Source of the DNA: an uncultured Spirochaetales bacterium
GTDB taxonomy: Bacteria; UBP6; UBA1177
Reading direction: 5' to 3'
Length of the DNA stretch: 48,327 nt
Assembly (NCBI GenBank): GCA_964614215.1
Contig: CAZTKP010000002.1
Span: 1-48,327, forward strand
Part shown: one piece after another, positions 8,100-18,403 of the stretch
Position numbering within the stretch: the stretch's first letter is position 1
Layout: each line of letters begins with the position of its first letter
Position numbers and translations under genes: made by a program
The notes under the pieces: generated by a model
The model's input: only the letters and a program-made list of their open reading frames with translations
Databases searched by the model: none
What the model was told of the DNA's origin: nothing

Positions 8100-9222
8100 A
8101 CGCTCTATTCTTAAAGATCTCAGGGATCGGCTGCACAGATATCCGGAACTCAGTTTTAAAGAGTTTAAAACGGCAGAGATCATTCTTGATTTTGTAGGGG
8201 ATGTGATAAAAAATAAAAGTGAATTCAAAGTGTTAAGGCCTTTTAAGACTGCTGTTGCCGTAGAGTACAGAAATGGAAGAGAAAAAGGGTTCAAGATATT
8301 CAGGGCAGATATGGATGCTCTTCCCGTAACGGAAAAGGATAATCCTGTGATCTCGGAAAATGAAGGCGTTATGCATGCCTGTGGTCACGATATTCATATG
8401 ACAGTTCTCTGCGGTCTGATCGCAAGGACGGCACAAAAGATGCCTCATGAAAATATTCTTTTTATCTTTCAGCCCGGAGAGGAAGGAGCGGGTGGAGCAA
8501 AAGGGCTTATTGAAAGCGGTTTTTTTGATGATTACGATGTGTCCGGAGCCTATGCTCTCCATGTGACGGATGACCATAAGGTGGGAGAAGTCGCTTCAAA
8601 TGACAGCATCCTTTTTGCAATCCCAAAGGAGGTAAACGTTGAGTTTTCGGGCAAAGCTTCTCATGCGGCTTTTCCTGAAAAAGGTTGTGATGCACTTGCG
8701 GCAGCGGCGGCCTTTATCGGCGATCTTGAATCCCAGATAAGAAAAACAGTGAATCCGTCAGAAGTGTTTCTTGCGCATTTTGGAAAGATCAGCTCCGGAA
8801 CTGCAAGGAATATTGTAAGTGATAAAGCCCTGCTCGAGGGAACTTTAAGAGCTTTTAATTCCGAGGTGATGGAAAAAGGAATGGGTGTTGTAAAAAAATG
8901 CGCCGATCTGGCTGCCGGGAAGTTTGGTTGCAGCTCAAAAGTAAAGACACTCGGTGAATATATCGAGGTGAGAAATACTCCGGCACTTTTTGAAAAACTG
9001 CAGGGTGTCTGCAAAGATATCGGATACAGCTGCATCTGTAAGAATGGAGAACTTGTCGGAGAGGATTTCGGATATTTTACTGATAGATTTTCCGGCATCA
9101 TGTTCTGGGTCGGTTCCAGAGAAGAAGGTAGAGAGCCGGCTTCACTTCATTCGGAGAGTTTTTTCCCGTCTTATTCGTCAATTTATACAGGTCTTGAAAT
9201 AATGTGGAAACTGCTACATTAA
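8086..9222 (+). CDS. M20-family amidohydrolase (N-acyl-amino-acid amidohydrolase / hippurate hydrolase-like)
   Basis: HACGHDIHM and GEEGAGGAK motifs. A GTG at 8086 is preceded by AAGGAGGGG. The longer ORF from 7921 only adds out-of-frame read-through of the MORN gene. Confidence 0.85.
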   Translation: MERSERSILKDLRDRLHRYPELSFKEFKTAEIILDFVGDVIKNKSEFKVLRPFKTAVAVEYRNGREKGFKIFRADMDALPVTEKDNPVISENEGVMHACGHDIHMTVLCGLIARTAQKMPHENILFIFQPGEEGAGGAKGLIESGFFDDYDVSGAYALHVTDDHKVGEVASNDSILFAIPKEVNVEFSGKASHAAFPEKGCDALAAAAAFIGDLESQIRKTVNPSEVFLAHFGKISSGTARNIVSDKALLEGTLRAFNSEVMEKGMGVVKKCADLAAGKFGCSSKVKTLGEYIEVRNTPALFEKLQGVCKDIGYSCICKNGELVGEDFGYFTDRFSGIMFWVGSREEGREPASLHSESFFPSYSSIYTGLEIMWKLLH

Positions 9223-9302
9223 GGGACGTTTTTTTTTGACTTGCATAGTCAAATCTGCTAATTTTCTGATGGCGTTTCGATAACCATTTCTGGAGAGGGA
9301 TA

Positions 9303-9659
9303 ATGAGCGGGAATACTATTGTAAAACTTATTCTGTTTTTGCTGGTCGTTTACATCGGTTGGTACACATCAATGCCCTTCATTGATAAGTATAGGATAAC
9401 CAAAATCGTAGATAATCTGGCACAGTATGCAACAATTCATTCTCAGGAGCAGACTGTTAAAGAATTTAAGAAGAGAATAATAGATGCCGGACGGGAGGAT
9501 ATTCCGTTAGGTAACTTCAGTGTTGAAAAAGATGAAGAGGACGATACAGCATACGCCAGGCTAAAATACTCAGACAAGATAGTCCTTTTCGGGCAGACGA
9601 TAAAAGAATTTGAGTTTATTATAGAAAAGAAAGCTGCAAAAGTTGATAAATTGCTGTAA
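9303..9659 (+). CDS. Hypothetical protein with one N-terminal transmembrane helix
   Basis: 118-aa ORF with a GGAGAGGG RBS and a hydrophobic N-terminus (IVKLILFLLVVYIGWY). It lies directly upstream of pyrR. I recognise no family. Confidence 0.6.
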   Translation: MSGNTIVKLILFLLVVYIGWYTSMPFIDKYRITKIVDNLAQYATIHSQEQTVKEFKKRIIDAGREDIPLGNFSVEKDEEDDTAYARLKYSDKIVLFGQTIKEFEFIIEKKAAKVDKLL

Positions 9660-9671
9660 ATTCAGGAGGAT

Positions 9672-10220
9672 ATGTTGAAAAGAAAAAACCTCAAAATAAG
9701 GAAGGTGCTTGTCGATTCCAAGGAAATGACAAAGATCATCGACAGAATGGTCTATGAGATGATAGAGAACCTGAGCTCAATTGAAAATGTTGCTATAGTC
9801 GGGATAAGAACCAGAGGTGTTACTCTCGCGGAGAGAATAGTAAAGAGAATAGAGGAAATCGAAGGGGTGAAACTTGCTACAGGAGAGATCGATATAGCTC
9901 TTTACCGGGATGACTTTTTCAAAGGTCTGAGTTCTCCGAAAGTCGGTCCTTCGAAATTGAACTTCGATCCTGAAAATTACAACATAGTACTGGTGGACGA
10001 TGTCATGTTCACAGGCAGGACTGTCAGGGCTGCTATCGATGCGATCATGGATTACGGACGTCCGAGAACGATAAAGTTCGTGTCTCTCATAGACAGGGGG
10101 CACAGGGAGCTTCCTATCCAGCCTGATTTTGTCGGAAAGACAATTGAAACAAAAAGGGAAGATGCCGTAGCTGTTTTCTTTAAAGAAACAGACGGTGAAG
10201 ATAAAGTTGTACTTGGTTAG
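9672..10220 (+). CDS. pyrR: Bifunctional pyrimidine regulatory protein / uracil phosphoribosyltransferase PyrR
   Basis: 182 aa. PRPP-binding loop VLVDDVMFTGRT. The overall PyrR pattern is present (GIRTRG, AL.RDD), and the gene precedes pyrB-pyrC. Confidence 0.9.
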   Translation: MLKRKNLKIRKVLVDSKEMTKIIDRMVYEMIENLSSIENVAIVGIRTRGVTLAERIVKRIEEIEGVKLATGEIDIALYRDDFFKGLSSPKVGPSKLNFDPENYNIVLVDDVMFTGRTVRAAIDAIMDYGRPRTIKFVSLIDRGHRELPIQPDFVGKTIETKREDAVAVFFKETDGEDKVVLG

Positions 10221-10238
10221 AATCCTGGAGAGAAAAAT

Positions 10239-11150
10239 ATGAAACATCTGCTTGGAATTGAAAGTCTGAACAAAGATCAGATAATGAACATTCTTGAGAC
10301 CGCTGTAAGCTTTGAAGAGATCAATCAGAGACAGATCAAGAAAGTTCCGACACTTAAAGGAAAAACGATAATAAACTTTTTTGCGGAGCCTTCCACCAGA
10401 ACGAAGGTTTCCTTTGAAGTTGCAGAAAAAAGGTTAAGTGCCGATACATACAATATCTCGATAGCTACAAGTGCTATCCAGAAAGGTGAGACTCTGGCCG
10501 ATACGGCTTTGAACCTTCAGGCCATGAAACCTGATGCAATGGTTATCCGGCATGGAGTTTCAGGAACTCCTCAGCTTCTTGCTGAAGTTATGGACTGTTC
10601 GATAATTAATGCGGGTGACGGTTTCAGGGAACATCCCACGCAGGCTCTTCTTGATGCCTACACTATCTGGCAGACAAGAGGAACGATCGAAGGGCTTAAG
10701 GTTGCTCTGATCGGTGACATAATGCACAGCAGAGTTGCAAGAAGTAATATCTATCTTCTCACGAAAATGGGATGTGAAGTTGTTCTTTCAGGTCCTGCCA
10801 CAATGCTTCCTCCGGGAATTGAAAAGCTCGGTGTCACAGTGGAGAAGAGACCTGTTGATGCTGTTAAGGATGCTGATGTTGTCATGATGCTCAGAATTCA
10901 GAACGAAAGAGCAAGCAACCTGCTTTATCCCGATAAAAGAGAATATGCGAAGTACTTCTGTATAACTCCTGAGATAATAAAACATGCAAAACCTGATGCG
11001 ACCATCATGCATCCGGGCCCTGCAAACAGAGGTGTTGAGATCGATGACAGAGTTATGGACGGAGAGAGATCTGTTATCCTTCAACAGGTGAGTAACGGAG
11101 TTAATATAAGAATGGCGGTGCTTTATCTGCTGCTGGGAGGAGCTGACTAA
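10239..11150 (+). CDS. pyrB: Aspartate carbamoyltransferase catalytic chain
   Basis: 303 aa. Motifs [17 protein letters not shown] and HPGP. Confidence 0.95.
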   Translation: MKHLLGIESLNKDQIMNILETAVSFEEINQRQIKKVPTLKGKTIINFFAEPSTRTKVSFEVAEKRLSADTYNISIATSAIQKGETLADTALNLQAMKPDAMVIRHGVSGTPQLLAEVMDCSIINAGDGFREHPTQALLDAYTIWQTRGTIEGLKVALIGDIMHSRVARSNIYLLTKMGCEVVLSGPATMLPPGIEKLGVTVEKRPVDAVKDADVVMMLRIQNERASNLLYPDKREYAKYFCITPEIIKHAKPDATIMHPGPANRGVEIDDRVMDGERSVILQQVSNGVNIRMAVLYLLLGGAD

Positions 11151-12424
11151 TGAAACTGATAATAAAGAACGGAACGATCGTTAATCCTGCAAAGAACGAG
11201 GAAATTAAGAGATCAATCGTTATTGAAGACGGTATCATAAAGGAAATCACGGACAAACCTGATGAAAAAGGTGCTGAAGTTATTGATGCTGACGGGATGA
11301 TAGTTTCTCCCGGATTTATTGATCTGCATGTACATTTCAGAGAACCCGGCTACGAGTACAAGGAAGATATTCACACCGGCCTGAAAGCTGCCGCAGCAGG
11401 TGGATTTACAGCTGTATGCACTATGCCGAATACAAATCCGGCGGTAGACAACGCTGATACTCTGAGATCAATAATAAAAAGAGCTGAGTCTGGAAACGGT
11501 GTAAAGCTCTATCCTATTGTCTGTGCTACAAAAGGTCTTGAAGGTGAGGCCCTTGCTCCCATAGGCGAACTTAAGGAAAACGGTGCCGTTGCTATAAGTG
11601 ATGACGGCAGACCGGTCAAGAATACAGACCTTCTGAAAAGAACAATGGAATATGCCTCATCTTTTGATCTTAAGTATGTTTCCCATAGCGAAGACCTTTA
11701 TCTTGCAGATGGCGGTCAGATGAATGAAGGTTTTTATTCGACTGTTTACGGAATGCAGGGTGTGCCGTGGGTTGGTGAGGCATCTCAGATAGCCAGAGAC
11801 TGTATGCTTGCTGAATATCTTGACCTGCCCATCCATATTGCGCATGTAAGTACGGCGATGTCTGTGGATATTATAAAGTTTTTCAAAGATAGGGGTGTCA
11901 AGGTTACTGCAGAAACAGCTCCTCACTATGTTACGCTTACTGATGAGGCTTTAGGCAGTTTTAACACAAATACCAAGATCAATCCTCCTCTGAGATCGGA
12001 GAAAGACAGACTTGCTATCATTGAGGCTCTTAAAAACGGTGTTCTTGATGCTGTTGCTACAGATCATGCTCCTCACCATGAAAGAGAAAAGGCTGTGGAA
12101 TTTAACGCTGCACCTCCCGGAATTGTCGGACTTGAGACTGCGCTTCCTCTTATTCTTAAACTTTATCACGACGGGGCTTTGACAATTAAAAGAGTCGTCG
12201 AGCTCTTTACGGCTGGTTATAAAATAATGGAAAAACAGGGCGGAACAATAGAAGTCGGTGCTCCTGCTGATATTACAGTTTTTGATGCTGACTATCAGTG
12301 GACTGTTGACAGGAACATGTTCCATTCAAAATCAAAGAATACTCCTTTTCACGGTTTCCACGTTAAGGGAGCTGTTTTCTACACAGTTGTAGACGGCAAG
12401 ATCGTTTATAAAAGAGAGTTTTAA
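11150..12424 (+). CDS. pyrC: Dihydroorotase
   Basis: 424 aa. Motifs DLHVHFREPG and ATDHAPH. The start overlaps the pyrB stop. Confidence 0.92.
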   Translation: MKLIIKNGTIVNPAKNEEIKRSIVIEDGIIKEITDKPDEKGAEVIDADGMIVSPGFIDLHVHFREPGYEYKEDIHTGLKAAAAGGFTAVCTMPNTNPAVDNADTLRSIIKRAESGNGVKLYPIVCATKGLEGEALAPIGELKENGAVAISDDGRPVKNTDLLKRTMEYASSFDLKYVSHSEDLYLADGGQMNEGFYSTVYGMQGVPWVGEASQIARDCMLAEYLDLPIHIAHVSTAMSVDIIKFFKDRGVKVTAETAPHYVTLTDEALGSFNTNTKINPPLRSEKDRLAIIEALKNGVLDAVATDHAPHHEREKAVEFNAAPPGIVGLETALPLILKLYHDGALTIKRVVELFTAGYKIMEKQGGTIEVGAPADITVFDADYQWTVDRNMFHSKSKNTPFHGFHVKGAVFYTVVDGKIVYKREF

Positions 12425-13041
12425 TGAGTGCAGTCAAGACCAGGGTATACTCGTCGTTTGATGAAACTGAGGCAGCTCTGCTTCATGATTTTAAGAAAGA
12501 GGTGTTCTATTTTACAGGCGAAGATCTTAAGAATCACAACTTCTGGCAGCAATTTTACAATCTGTTCTTCATCTACCACTATGATATTGGTGATGGAATA
12601 ACACTTTCTAAAAAACGTGAGCTTGAACCAGCTTCAATAAGACTTTTTGCTCCTTCTGTTTTTTCAAGAATGAAGGGAGAGGATCTTTTTACCGGAGAAA
12701 AGATGGTTTTTTCAGAAGACGAAGAGAACAGTCTTTCATGGTATAAGGAAAAACAGTTTATTCTTTCCTTTTTTCATGCAAAAGACGAAGAGATCCGTTT
12801 TGTCGAAAGTCAGTCGTCACTTCTTTTACCAATGAGTGCAGGAACTTTCCTGAGAAAAGTTAAGAAATCCATTGAAAATGAAAATTACTTTCCATCAGTG
12901 AACTATACACTTTTTCTTCTTTCAGTTCTAATGGTGAAAAAAGAACGTTTCTCAAGCTCAAAACTCTATGATCCATTCCAGTTCGAGGAGATGGAAAAGC
13001 TCCATCTGTACTATGAAAAATTTGCTAAATTCATTATCTGA
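12424..13041 (+). CDS. Hypothetical protein
   Basis: 205-aa ORF translationally coupled to pyrC (TAATG). I recognise no motifs. Confidence 0.55.
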   Translation: MSAVKTRVYSSFDETEAALLHDFKKEVFYFTGEDLKNHNFWQQFYNLFFIYHYDIGDGITLSKKRELEPASIRLFAPSVFSRMKGEDLFTGEKMVFSEDEENSLSWYKEKQFILSFFHAKDEEIRFVESQSSLLLPMSAGTFLRKVKKSIENENYFPSVNYTLFLLSVLMVKKERFSSSKLYDPFQFEEMEKLHLYYEKFAKFII

Positions 13042-13906
13042 AAATAGACTTTCACAAATCCTGCAAACTGTCCGTTCTATTTGTGATGACGGCCTTTGCT
13101 GTCCAATTCAGTGTGGCGGTACAAATCCGTGCGGAAGAGTTGATGAAGGGATAAAGGTTGCAAGTTACGCTGTTCATGACGGTGAAGAACCACCTGTAAG
13201 TGGATGGAACGGAGCAGGTAACATCTTCTTTTCAGGTTGCAGTGCAAGATGCATCTTCTGTCAGAACTGGCCGATCAGTCATGAAAATAACGGCAAGATC
13301 TATACTGAAAAAGAGTTCGGTGAGAACATCCTTAAGCTTATTAAAAAGAAGGTCCATAACATTAATCTTGTGACATCTGATCACTATCTTGACAGAGTCG
13401 TCTCAAGTTTTGCAGAAATTAGAGAAAAGATAACAGTTCCAATATGTTACAACTGCAATGGTTCGCACACCGAAGAGCTTTTTAAGATAATTCTTGAGAT
13501 CAGTGACATACTTCTTTTTGATGTTAAATATGTTGATAACGATCTAAGTAAAAAGTTCAGCTGCATTAACGATTATCACAAATACAACAAAATGAACCTT
13601 GAAATGCTTCTTGAGAAAAATATCCCGTGGATAGAAAATGACCTCGGGATTCTTCAGAAAGGACTCATAATAAGACATCTCGTCCTTCCCGGACAGGTTG
13701 AGAACTCAATCGAAGTGGTTAAAATGCTCAAAGATTATCAGGATAGGGGACTTAACTTCAAACTCAGTGTCATGAGCCAGTATTTTCCCGCCTACAAAGC
13801 CGTAGACCACCCTGATATCAACAGGAAACTCACAGAAGATGAGTACTCACAAATCGCACAACTCGTGGAAGAACTTTCAATTGATGGATGGGTGCAGGGT
13901 TTTTAG
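13013..13906 (+). CDS. Radical SAM protein, PflX-like (homologue of pyruvate formate-lyase activating enzymes)
   Basis: HDGEEPPVSG ... GNIFFSGCSARCIFCQNW (CxxxCxxC followed by QNW), plus an N-terminal Cys cluster. The start is uncertain: ATG at 13013 is preferred, 12968 is possible. Confidence 0.8.
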   Translation: MKNLLNSLSENRLSQILQTVRSICDDGLCCPIQCGGTNPCGRVDEGIKVASYAVHDGEEPPVSGWNGAGNIFFSGCSARCIFCQNWPISHENNGKIYTEKEFGENILKLIKKKVHNINLVTSDHYLDRVVSSFAEIREKITVPICYNCNGSHTEELFKIILEISDILLFDVKYVDNDLSKKFSCINDYHKYNKMNLEMLLEKNIPWIENDLGILQKGLIIRHLVLPGQVENSIEVVKMLKDYQDRGLNFKLSVMSQYFPAYKAVDHPDINRKLTEDEYSQIAQLVEELSIDGWVQGF

Positions 13907-13971
13907 TTTCACTTGATAAACAAACCTTCTTACGGTATATTCTCACTGTATTGAAACTCATGAGGTAGATA

Positions 13972-15279
13972 ATGAAAAATGTTAAGACTTTAATACTGGG
14001 AGCGGGACTTAGCGGTCTTTCCGCCGCATATCATCTTAAGGGTGAAGATTTTCTGGTGATTGAAAAGAGCGATCATGTAGGCGGACTGTGCACTTCAGAG
14101 CATAAGAACGGTTTCACTTTTGATCAGACGGGTCACTGGCTTCATATGCGTGACGAGAGAACGAAGAAGCTTTTTGATCTTCTTTTCGGTGACGAATTTG
14201 TGACGATTGAGAGAAAGACCTTTGTTTTTTCCCACAATGTCTACACCCAGTATCCTTTTCAGTCAAACACCTATGGTCTTCCGCCTCAGGTTATTAAAGA
14301 ATGCGTGATGGGTTTTATCAAGGCTCATTACGAAAATGACAAATCCAAGGCGCATGAAAATTTTTATGAATGGTGCATGGCTCATCTTGGTGAGGGGATA
14401 TCTAAACATTTTATGATCCCTTACAACACAAAGATCTATACTGTTCATCCAAAAGACTACGCAAGTCACTGGTGTGATTACTACGTTCCCAAACCTACGC
14501 TGGAGCAGGTAATAGAGGGTGCTGTGACAGCTCCTGAGCAGAAAGATGTCGGTTACAATGCAACTTTTAACTACCCCAAAGATGGTGGAATAGGTGAGCT
14601 TCCCAAAAGACTTTTTGAAAAGTGTGAAAAGGAAAAGTTCATGTTTAACGTGCATCCTGTGGAAATTGATAGTGACAAAAAGATAGTGACACTTTCAAAC
14701 GGTGAAGTTTTGCAATATGAAAATCTCATCAACTCAATTCCGCTTAGAGATTTTCTTAAACTTCAGACAGGGCTGGACAGCGAAAAAAGTCATGAGATAA
14801 GTTCAAGGATGAAAATCGCATCAGTGAGTTATCTAAATGCCGCTTTTAAAGCAAACCCGGGGCACGTTGGTCACTGGTTCTACATTCCCGAAGAAAAGTA
14901 CATGCCTTACCGTATCGGTTCATTCAGTAATATCTACGCCGAGCTTGCTCCGGATGGAAAAGGTTCAGCCTACATTGAATACACTCATCAGGGCGATTTT
15001 GATGAAGTTGAAAAGTTTAAAAATGAAAGCGTAAAGATGATGAAAGATATGAAATTCATTGAAAGTGACGACCAGATTGAGTTCATGGATTATCGAATAA
15101 TTAAAGATGGTTATGTGATTTATCACAAGGAGTATTTTGATGATATGAAGACAGTTGAAGACTGGTGTTCAGGAAACAGAATTCAGCTTGTGGGAAGATA
15201 TGGCAAATGGACTTATGCGGCAATGGAAAATGCTATTATTGAGGGTCTTGAAGCCGCAGAAAAAATAATGGGGGAATAA
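13972..15279 (+). CDS. FAD/NAD(P)-binding oxidoreductase (amine-oxidase / HemY / Glf-like fold)
   Basis: 435 aa. N-terminal dinucleotide-binding motif ILGAGLSGLSAA ... E....GG. The substrate cannot be assigned by eye. Confidence 0.7.
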   Translation: MKNVKTLILGAGLSGLSAAYHLKGEDFLVIEKSDHVGGLCTSEHKNGFTFDQTGHWLHMRDERTKKLFDLLFGDEFVTIERKTFVFSHNVYTQYPFQSNTYGLPPQVIKECVMGFIKAHYENDKSKAHENFYEWCMAHLGEGISKHFMIPYNTKIYTVHPKDYASHWCDYYVPKPTLEQVIEGAVTAPEQKDVGYNATFNYPKDGGIGELPKRLFEKCEKEKFMFNVHPVEIDSDKKIVTLSNGEVLQYENLINSIPLRDFLKLQTGLDSEKSHEISSRMKIASVSYLNAAFKANPGHVGHWFYIPEEKYMPYRIGSFSNIYAELAPDGKGSAYIEYTHQGDFDEVEKFKNESVKMMKDMKFIESDDQIEFMDYRIIKDGYVIYHKEYFDDMKTVEDWCSGNRIQLVGRYGKWTYAAMENAIIEGLEAAEKIMGE

Positions 15280-16884
15280 ATGAAAAAATTATTTTTAGTG
15301 TTGCTGATTTTCTTTTTTGTTGCGGCCTGTGATAACAGCACAACAAAAGTTAAGAACGATGATGAGAACGAAAATACAGACAACGCTGAACAGTCAGATG
15401 ATGTTACAGATGAGGAAACAACTGACGATGAAACTGTAACGGAAGGTTATGAGATCGTTAATACTGGGCAGGGGAAGGTCAAAGGTGTTGTGAAAAATGA
15501 AGTTATCTCCTACAAGGGAATTCCATTTGCAAAACCGCCTCTGGGTGAACTTCGCTGGGCTGATCCTCAAAAACCTGAAGTTCGAGATGAAGTTCTTGAA
15601 GCGGATACCTATTCAAAAGCATGCCCGCAGACACTTTCCGGTATGGTGGGTGATGTGCCTGACTGGAGCGAGGATTGTCTTTATCTCAATGTTTTTCGTC
15701 CGGACACTGAGGAAAAAGATCTTCCCGTAATGGTTTTCATCCACGGTGGAGGATTTGTTAAGGGAGCAGCAAGTTTAGCAACTTATGAGGGAACATGGCT
15801 TGCATCAAAAGGAATTGTACTCGTCACAATTAACTACAGACTTGCACAGTTCGGTTTTATAACAATTCCGGATACAGAAATTGACGGAAACTACGGAATA
15901 AAAGATCAGATAGCTGCTTTGGAGTGGGTGAGAACAAATATTTCATCATTTGGCGGGAACAGTGAAAATGTAACAGTTTTCGGTGAGTCAGCAGGAGCCA
16001 TGTCGGTTGGAGCATTGATCGGAGTAAGGCCTGATCTTTTTGAGCGCGCAATAATCGAAAGCGGAACGATTCCCTGGGGAAAGAACACCATGCTCAAAGA
16101 TACTGCGGACGATCAAGGTGAAAGATTCGTTGAAGCGGCAGGATGTAAGGATGAAGATGATGTGGTCAAATGTCTTAGAGAAAAAAGTGCAGAGGATATT
16201 TTAACCTATCTTGAAGGCGGAGTTTTTTCTGATGCAGAAAGTTACGGGCCTTTTGTTGATGGAGAACTTTTCAAAGAGCTACCTTATGCCATGGCGGTCT
16301 CAGGGAAAGGAAAAAACATCCCTTTGATAATTGGAACCAATCTTGATGAAGGGACTCTTTTTACATATTCATACAAAGACTATCTTAAGACAGAAGAAGA
16401 CTACGAAAACTTTGTAACTGCTCAGTTCGGTTCGGTTGCTGCACCTTATGTTCTTGCTGAATATCCGGTTTCAAACTATGAATCTCCATGGCATGCATAC
16501 ACTGATCTTTTCGCAGATGTTGTTTTTAACTGTTCTTCAATAGTTATGGCCAGGAAGTTTTCAAAAATTAACGATAACATTCACTACTATCGTTTTACTC
16601 ATATGCCTGATTACGGTGTTCAGGTTGGCCTTGGCTGTTTTCACGGAGCGGAACTGGGCTATCTTTTCAACACATGGGATGATTATTATAAAAACTCTGA
16701 AGACGGCTATATGGATACTGTCGATAATATCTCAGGATTGTGGCTGCAGTTTGCAAAAGACGGCGTTCTTGAAGACTGGCCTGCTTATGATGATAATGAA
16801 AAATATCTTGATCTGTCTGAGAATCTGGAAATTAAAGAATTTCTTGAAAAAGATAACTGTGATTTCTGGGAAAACTATCTTTAG
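15280..16884 (+). CDS. Type-B carboxylesterase/lipase family lipoprotein
   Basis: 534 aa. Lipobox VAAC, an acidic linker, HGGGF oxyanion motif and the FGESAGA nucleophile elbow. Confidence 0.85.
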   Translation: MKKLFLVLLIFFFVAACDNSTTKVKNDDENENTDNAEQSDDVTDEETTDDETVTEGYEIVNTGQGKVKGVVKNEVISYKGIPFAKPPLGELRWADPQKPEVRDEVLEADTYSKACPQTLSGMVGDVPDWSEDCLYLNVFRPDTEEKDLPVMVFIHGGGFVKGAASLATYEGTWLASKGIVLVTINYRLAQFGFITIPDTEIDGNYGIKDQIAALEWVRTNISSFGGNSENVTVFGESAGAMSVGALIGVRPDLFERAIIESGTIPWGKNTMLKDTADDQGERFVEAAGCKDEDDVVKCLREKSAEDILTYLEGGVFSDAESYGPFVDGELFKELPYAMAVSGKGKNIPLIIGTNLDEGTLFTYSYKDYLKTEEDYENFVTAQFGSVAAPYVLAEYPVSNYESPWHAYTDLFADVVFNCSSIVMARKFSKINDNIHYYRFTHMPDYGVQVGLGCFHGAELGYLFNTWDDYYKNSEDGYMDTVDNISGLWLQFAKDGVLEDWPAYDDNEKYLDLSENLEIKEFLEKDNCDFWENYL

Positions 16885-16892
16885 ATTAGAAC

Positions 16893-17441
16893 TTATTTAA
16901 AAAGAACTGCGAAAACTTTTTCTGCAAAATCTTCTGAAAGACCTTTCTTGCTGTTTCTTACATATGCAAGGTCTGCCATAAGAATTGCAAGAAAACGCAT
17001 TGTTGTCTGTTCTGCTCCAACTTTCTTTCCACCTTTCTTGTTTTTGAGGTAATCTGAAAAAAGAGTTGTAAACTTTTTTCTGAATTCTTTAAGAACAATA
17101 GGTCTGTCCTTTGGATCCTCAACGAGGTAACTTACCGGAAGTCCTGTTTTGATGAAATATTCAGCTACGAGACTTGTTGCTGTGATAATTTTCATTTCTG
17201 CAGGAATTGAAGGCGGGAATTTAATTGCAAGGTGAGCTGAAATCTCTTCCATAATAAGGACGTTAGCTGCGTTAAGAAGTTCATCCTTTCCCTTAAAGTA
17301 ATGATAAAGAGTAGGAGCTGTTATTCCCAGTTCTCCTGCAATAAGATTCATGGTGATCTCTTCTTCATTTTTAGTAAAAAGCAAATCTCTTGCTTTCTCA
17401 ATAATTCTTTTCTTAATACTGTCTTTCATGTCTAACCCCAT
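16893..17441 (-). CDS. TetR/AcrR-family transcriptional regulator
   Basis: 182 aa. The N-terminal HTH (ITMNLIAGELGITAPTLYHYFKGKDEL) is typical of TetR. The gene is divergent from the GT2 gene. Confidence 0.8.
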   Translation of the reverse strand: MGLDMKDSIKKRIIEKARDLLFTKNEEEITMNLIAGELGITAPTLYHYFKGKDELLNAANVLIMEEISAHLAIKFPPSIPAEMKIITATSLVAEYFIKTGLPVSYLVEDPKDRPIVLKEFRKKFTTLFSDYLKNKKGGKKVGAEQTTMRFLAILMADLAYVRNSKKGLSEDFAEKVFAVLFK

Positions 17442-17683
17442 AAGTTAAAAAAACAACATACATGATTATAATCCTTCAAAACAAATGATTGTCAAAAAAC
17501 GATTTTATATTATAGCGAAAAACTTTTATAGTGGAATATAGTCAACAAAATAAATAACCAAAGGCTGATTAGGTTGCTTGATGAAGGTGTTTTTTCAGCC
17601 ATAGATTCATCATGGATGAGAAATTTGACTAAAACATATATTATATTAATATTCACATCGTTGTTTAAGTACGGTAGAGGATC

Positions 17684-18403
17684 ATGGAAAGAAAACTCGT
17701 TTCAATAGTTATTCCGGTTTATAATGAAGAAGAGATACTGGAAAAAGCTGTAACAACTTTAAAAAGGGATCTCGAACAGTTTTCAGATAATTATGAATTC
17801 GAAATAATTCTTGCAGAAAATGGAAGTAAAGACAGAACAATTGAGAAAGGAGAGGAGCTCGCAGAGATCCATCCGGAGCTTTCGATCTTCCATTATCATA
17901 CTCCTGATTACGGTCTCGCATTAAAGGAGGGGATCAACAGGGCAAAAGGAGAGATAGTCTTCTGTGATGAGATAGATCTTTGCCTTCCTGAATTTTATTC
18001 CAAAGCGCTAAAACTTTTTGAGGATGAAAAGATCCAGATGATCGTGGGATCAAAAAGGGCAAAAGGTGCTGATGACCGCAGACCGATAAAAAGACGTTTT
18101 GCGACATGGGTACTAAATACTCTGCTTAAGGTCTTTTTGGGCTTTAAAGGCACTGATACACATGGAGTGAAGTCATTCAGAAAGGATCCGCTCATGCCTG
18201 TGCTTGATAGATGTCTTGTCGGAAAAGATATCTTTGCAAGTGAATTTGTAATAAGAGCTGAAAGAATGGGTGTAAACATTAAGGAAATTCCAATATCTCT
18301 CGATGAAAAAAGAGCTCCTTCAATAAAACTTTTAAATAGAGTTCCAAAAGTGCTTTCCAACCTCAGCTATCTGTTCTGGAACATACGTGTCAGAAACCGC
18401 TGA
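17684..18403 (+). CDS. Family-2 glycosyltransferase
   Basis: 239 aa. Starts VSIVIPVYNEE, with AENGS.D and DED-like motifs. Confidence 0.8.
   Translation: MERKLVSIVIPVYNEEEILEKAVTTLKRDLEQFSDNYEFEIILAENGSKDRTIEKGEELAEIHPELSIFHYHTPDYGLALKEGINRAKGEIVFCDEIDLCLPEFYSKALKLFEDEKIQMIVGSKRAKGADDRRPIKRRFATWVLNTLLKVFLGFKGTDTHGVKSFRKDPLMPVLDRCLVGKDIFASEFVIRAERMGVNIKEIPISLDEKRAPSIKLLNRVPKVLSNLSYLFWNIRVRNR

Noticed and set aside
9288-9299. A possible PyrR-binding RNA motif (UUCUGGAGAGGG) upstream of the pyr cluster, with a second instance, UCCUGGAGAG, at 10223-10232 before pyrB.
   Set aside because: The established PyrR loop consensus is ARUCCAGAGAGGYU within a defined stem-loop, with alternative terminator and antiterminator structures. 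These sites deviate from the core and I cannot draw the required stems or any attenuator terminator. They are more simply the Shine-Dalgarno sequences. A covariance-model scan (PyrR binding site family) would settle it.
17442-17683. A TetR operator palindrome in the tetR / GT2 divergent region.
   Set aside because: Only weak, AT-rich partial inverted repeats are visible (for example GATGAA ... TTCATC), and nothing stands out from background. A TTGACT-16-TAATAT promoter-like pair at 17625-17652 is plausible but unsupported.
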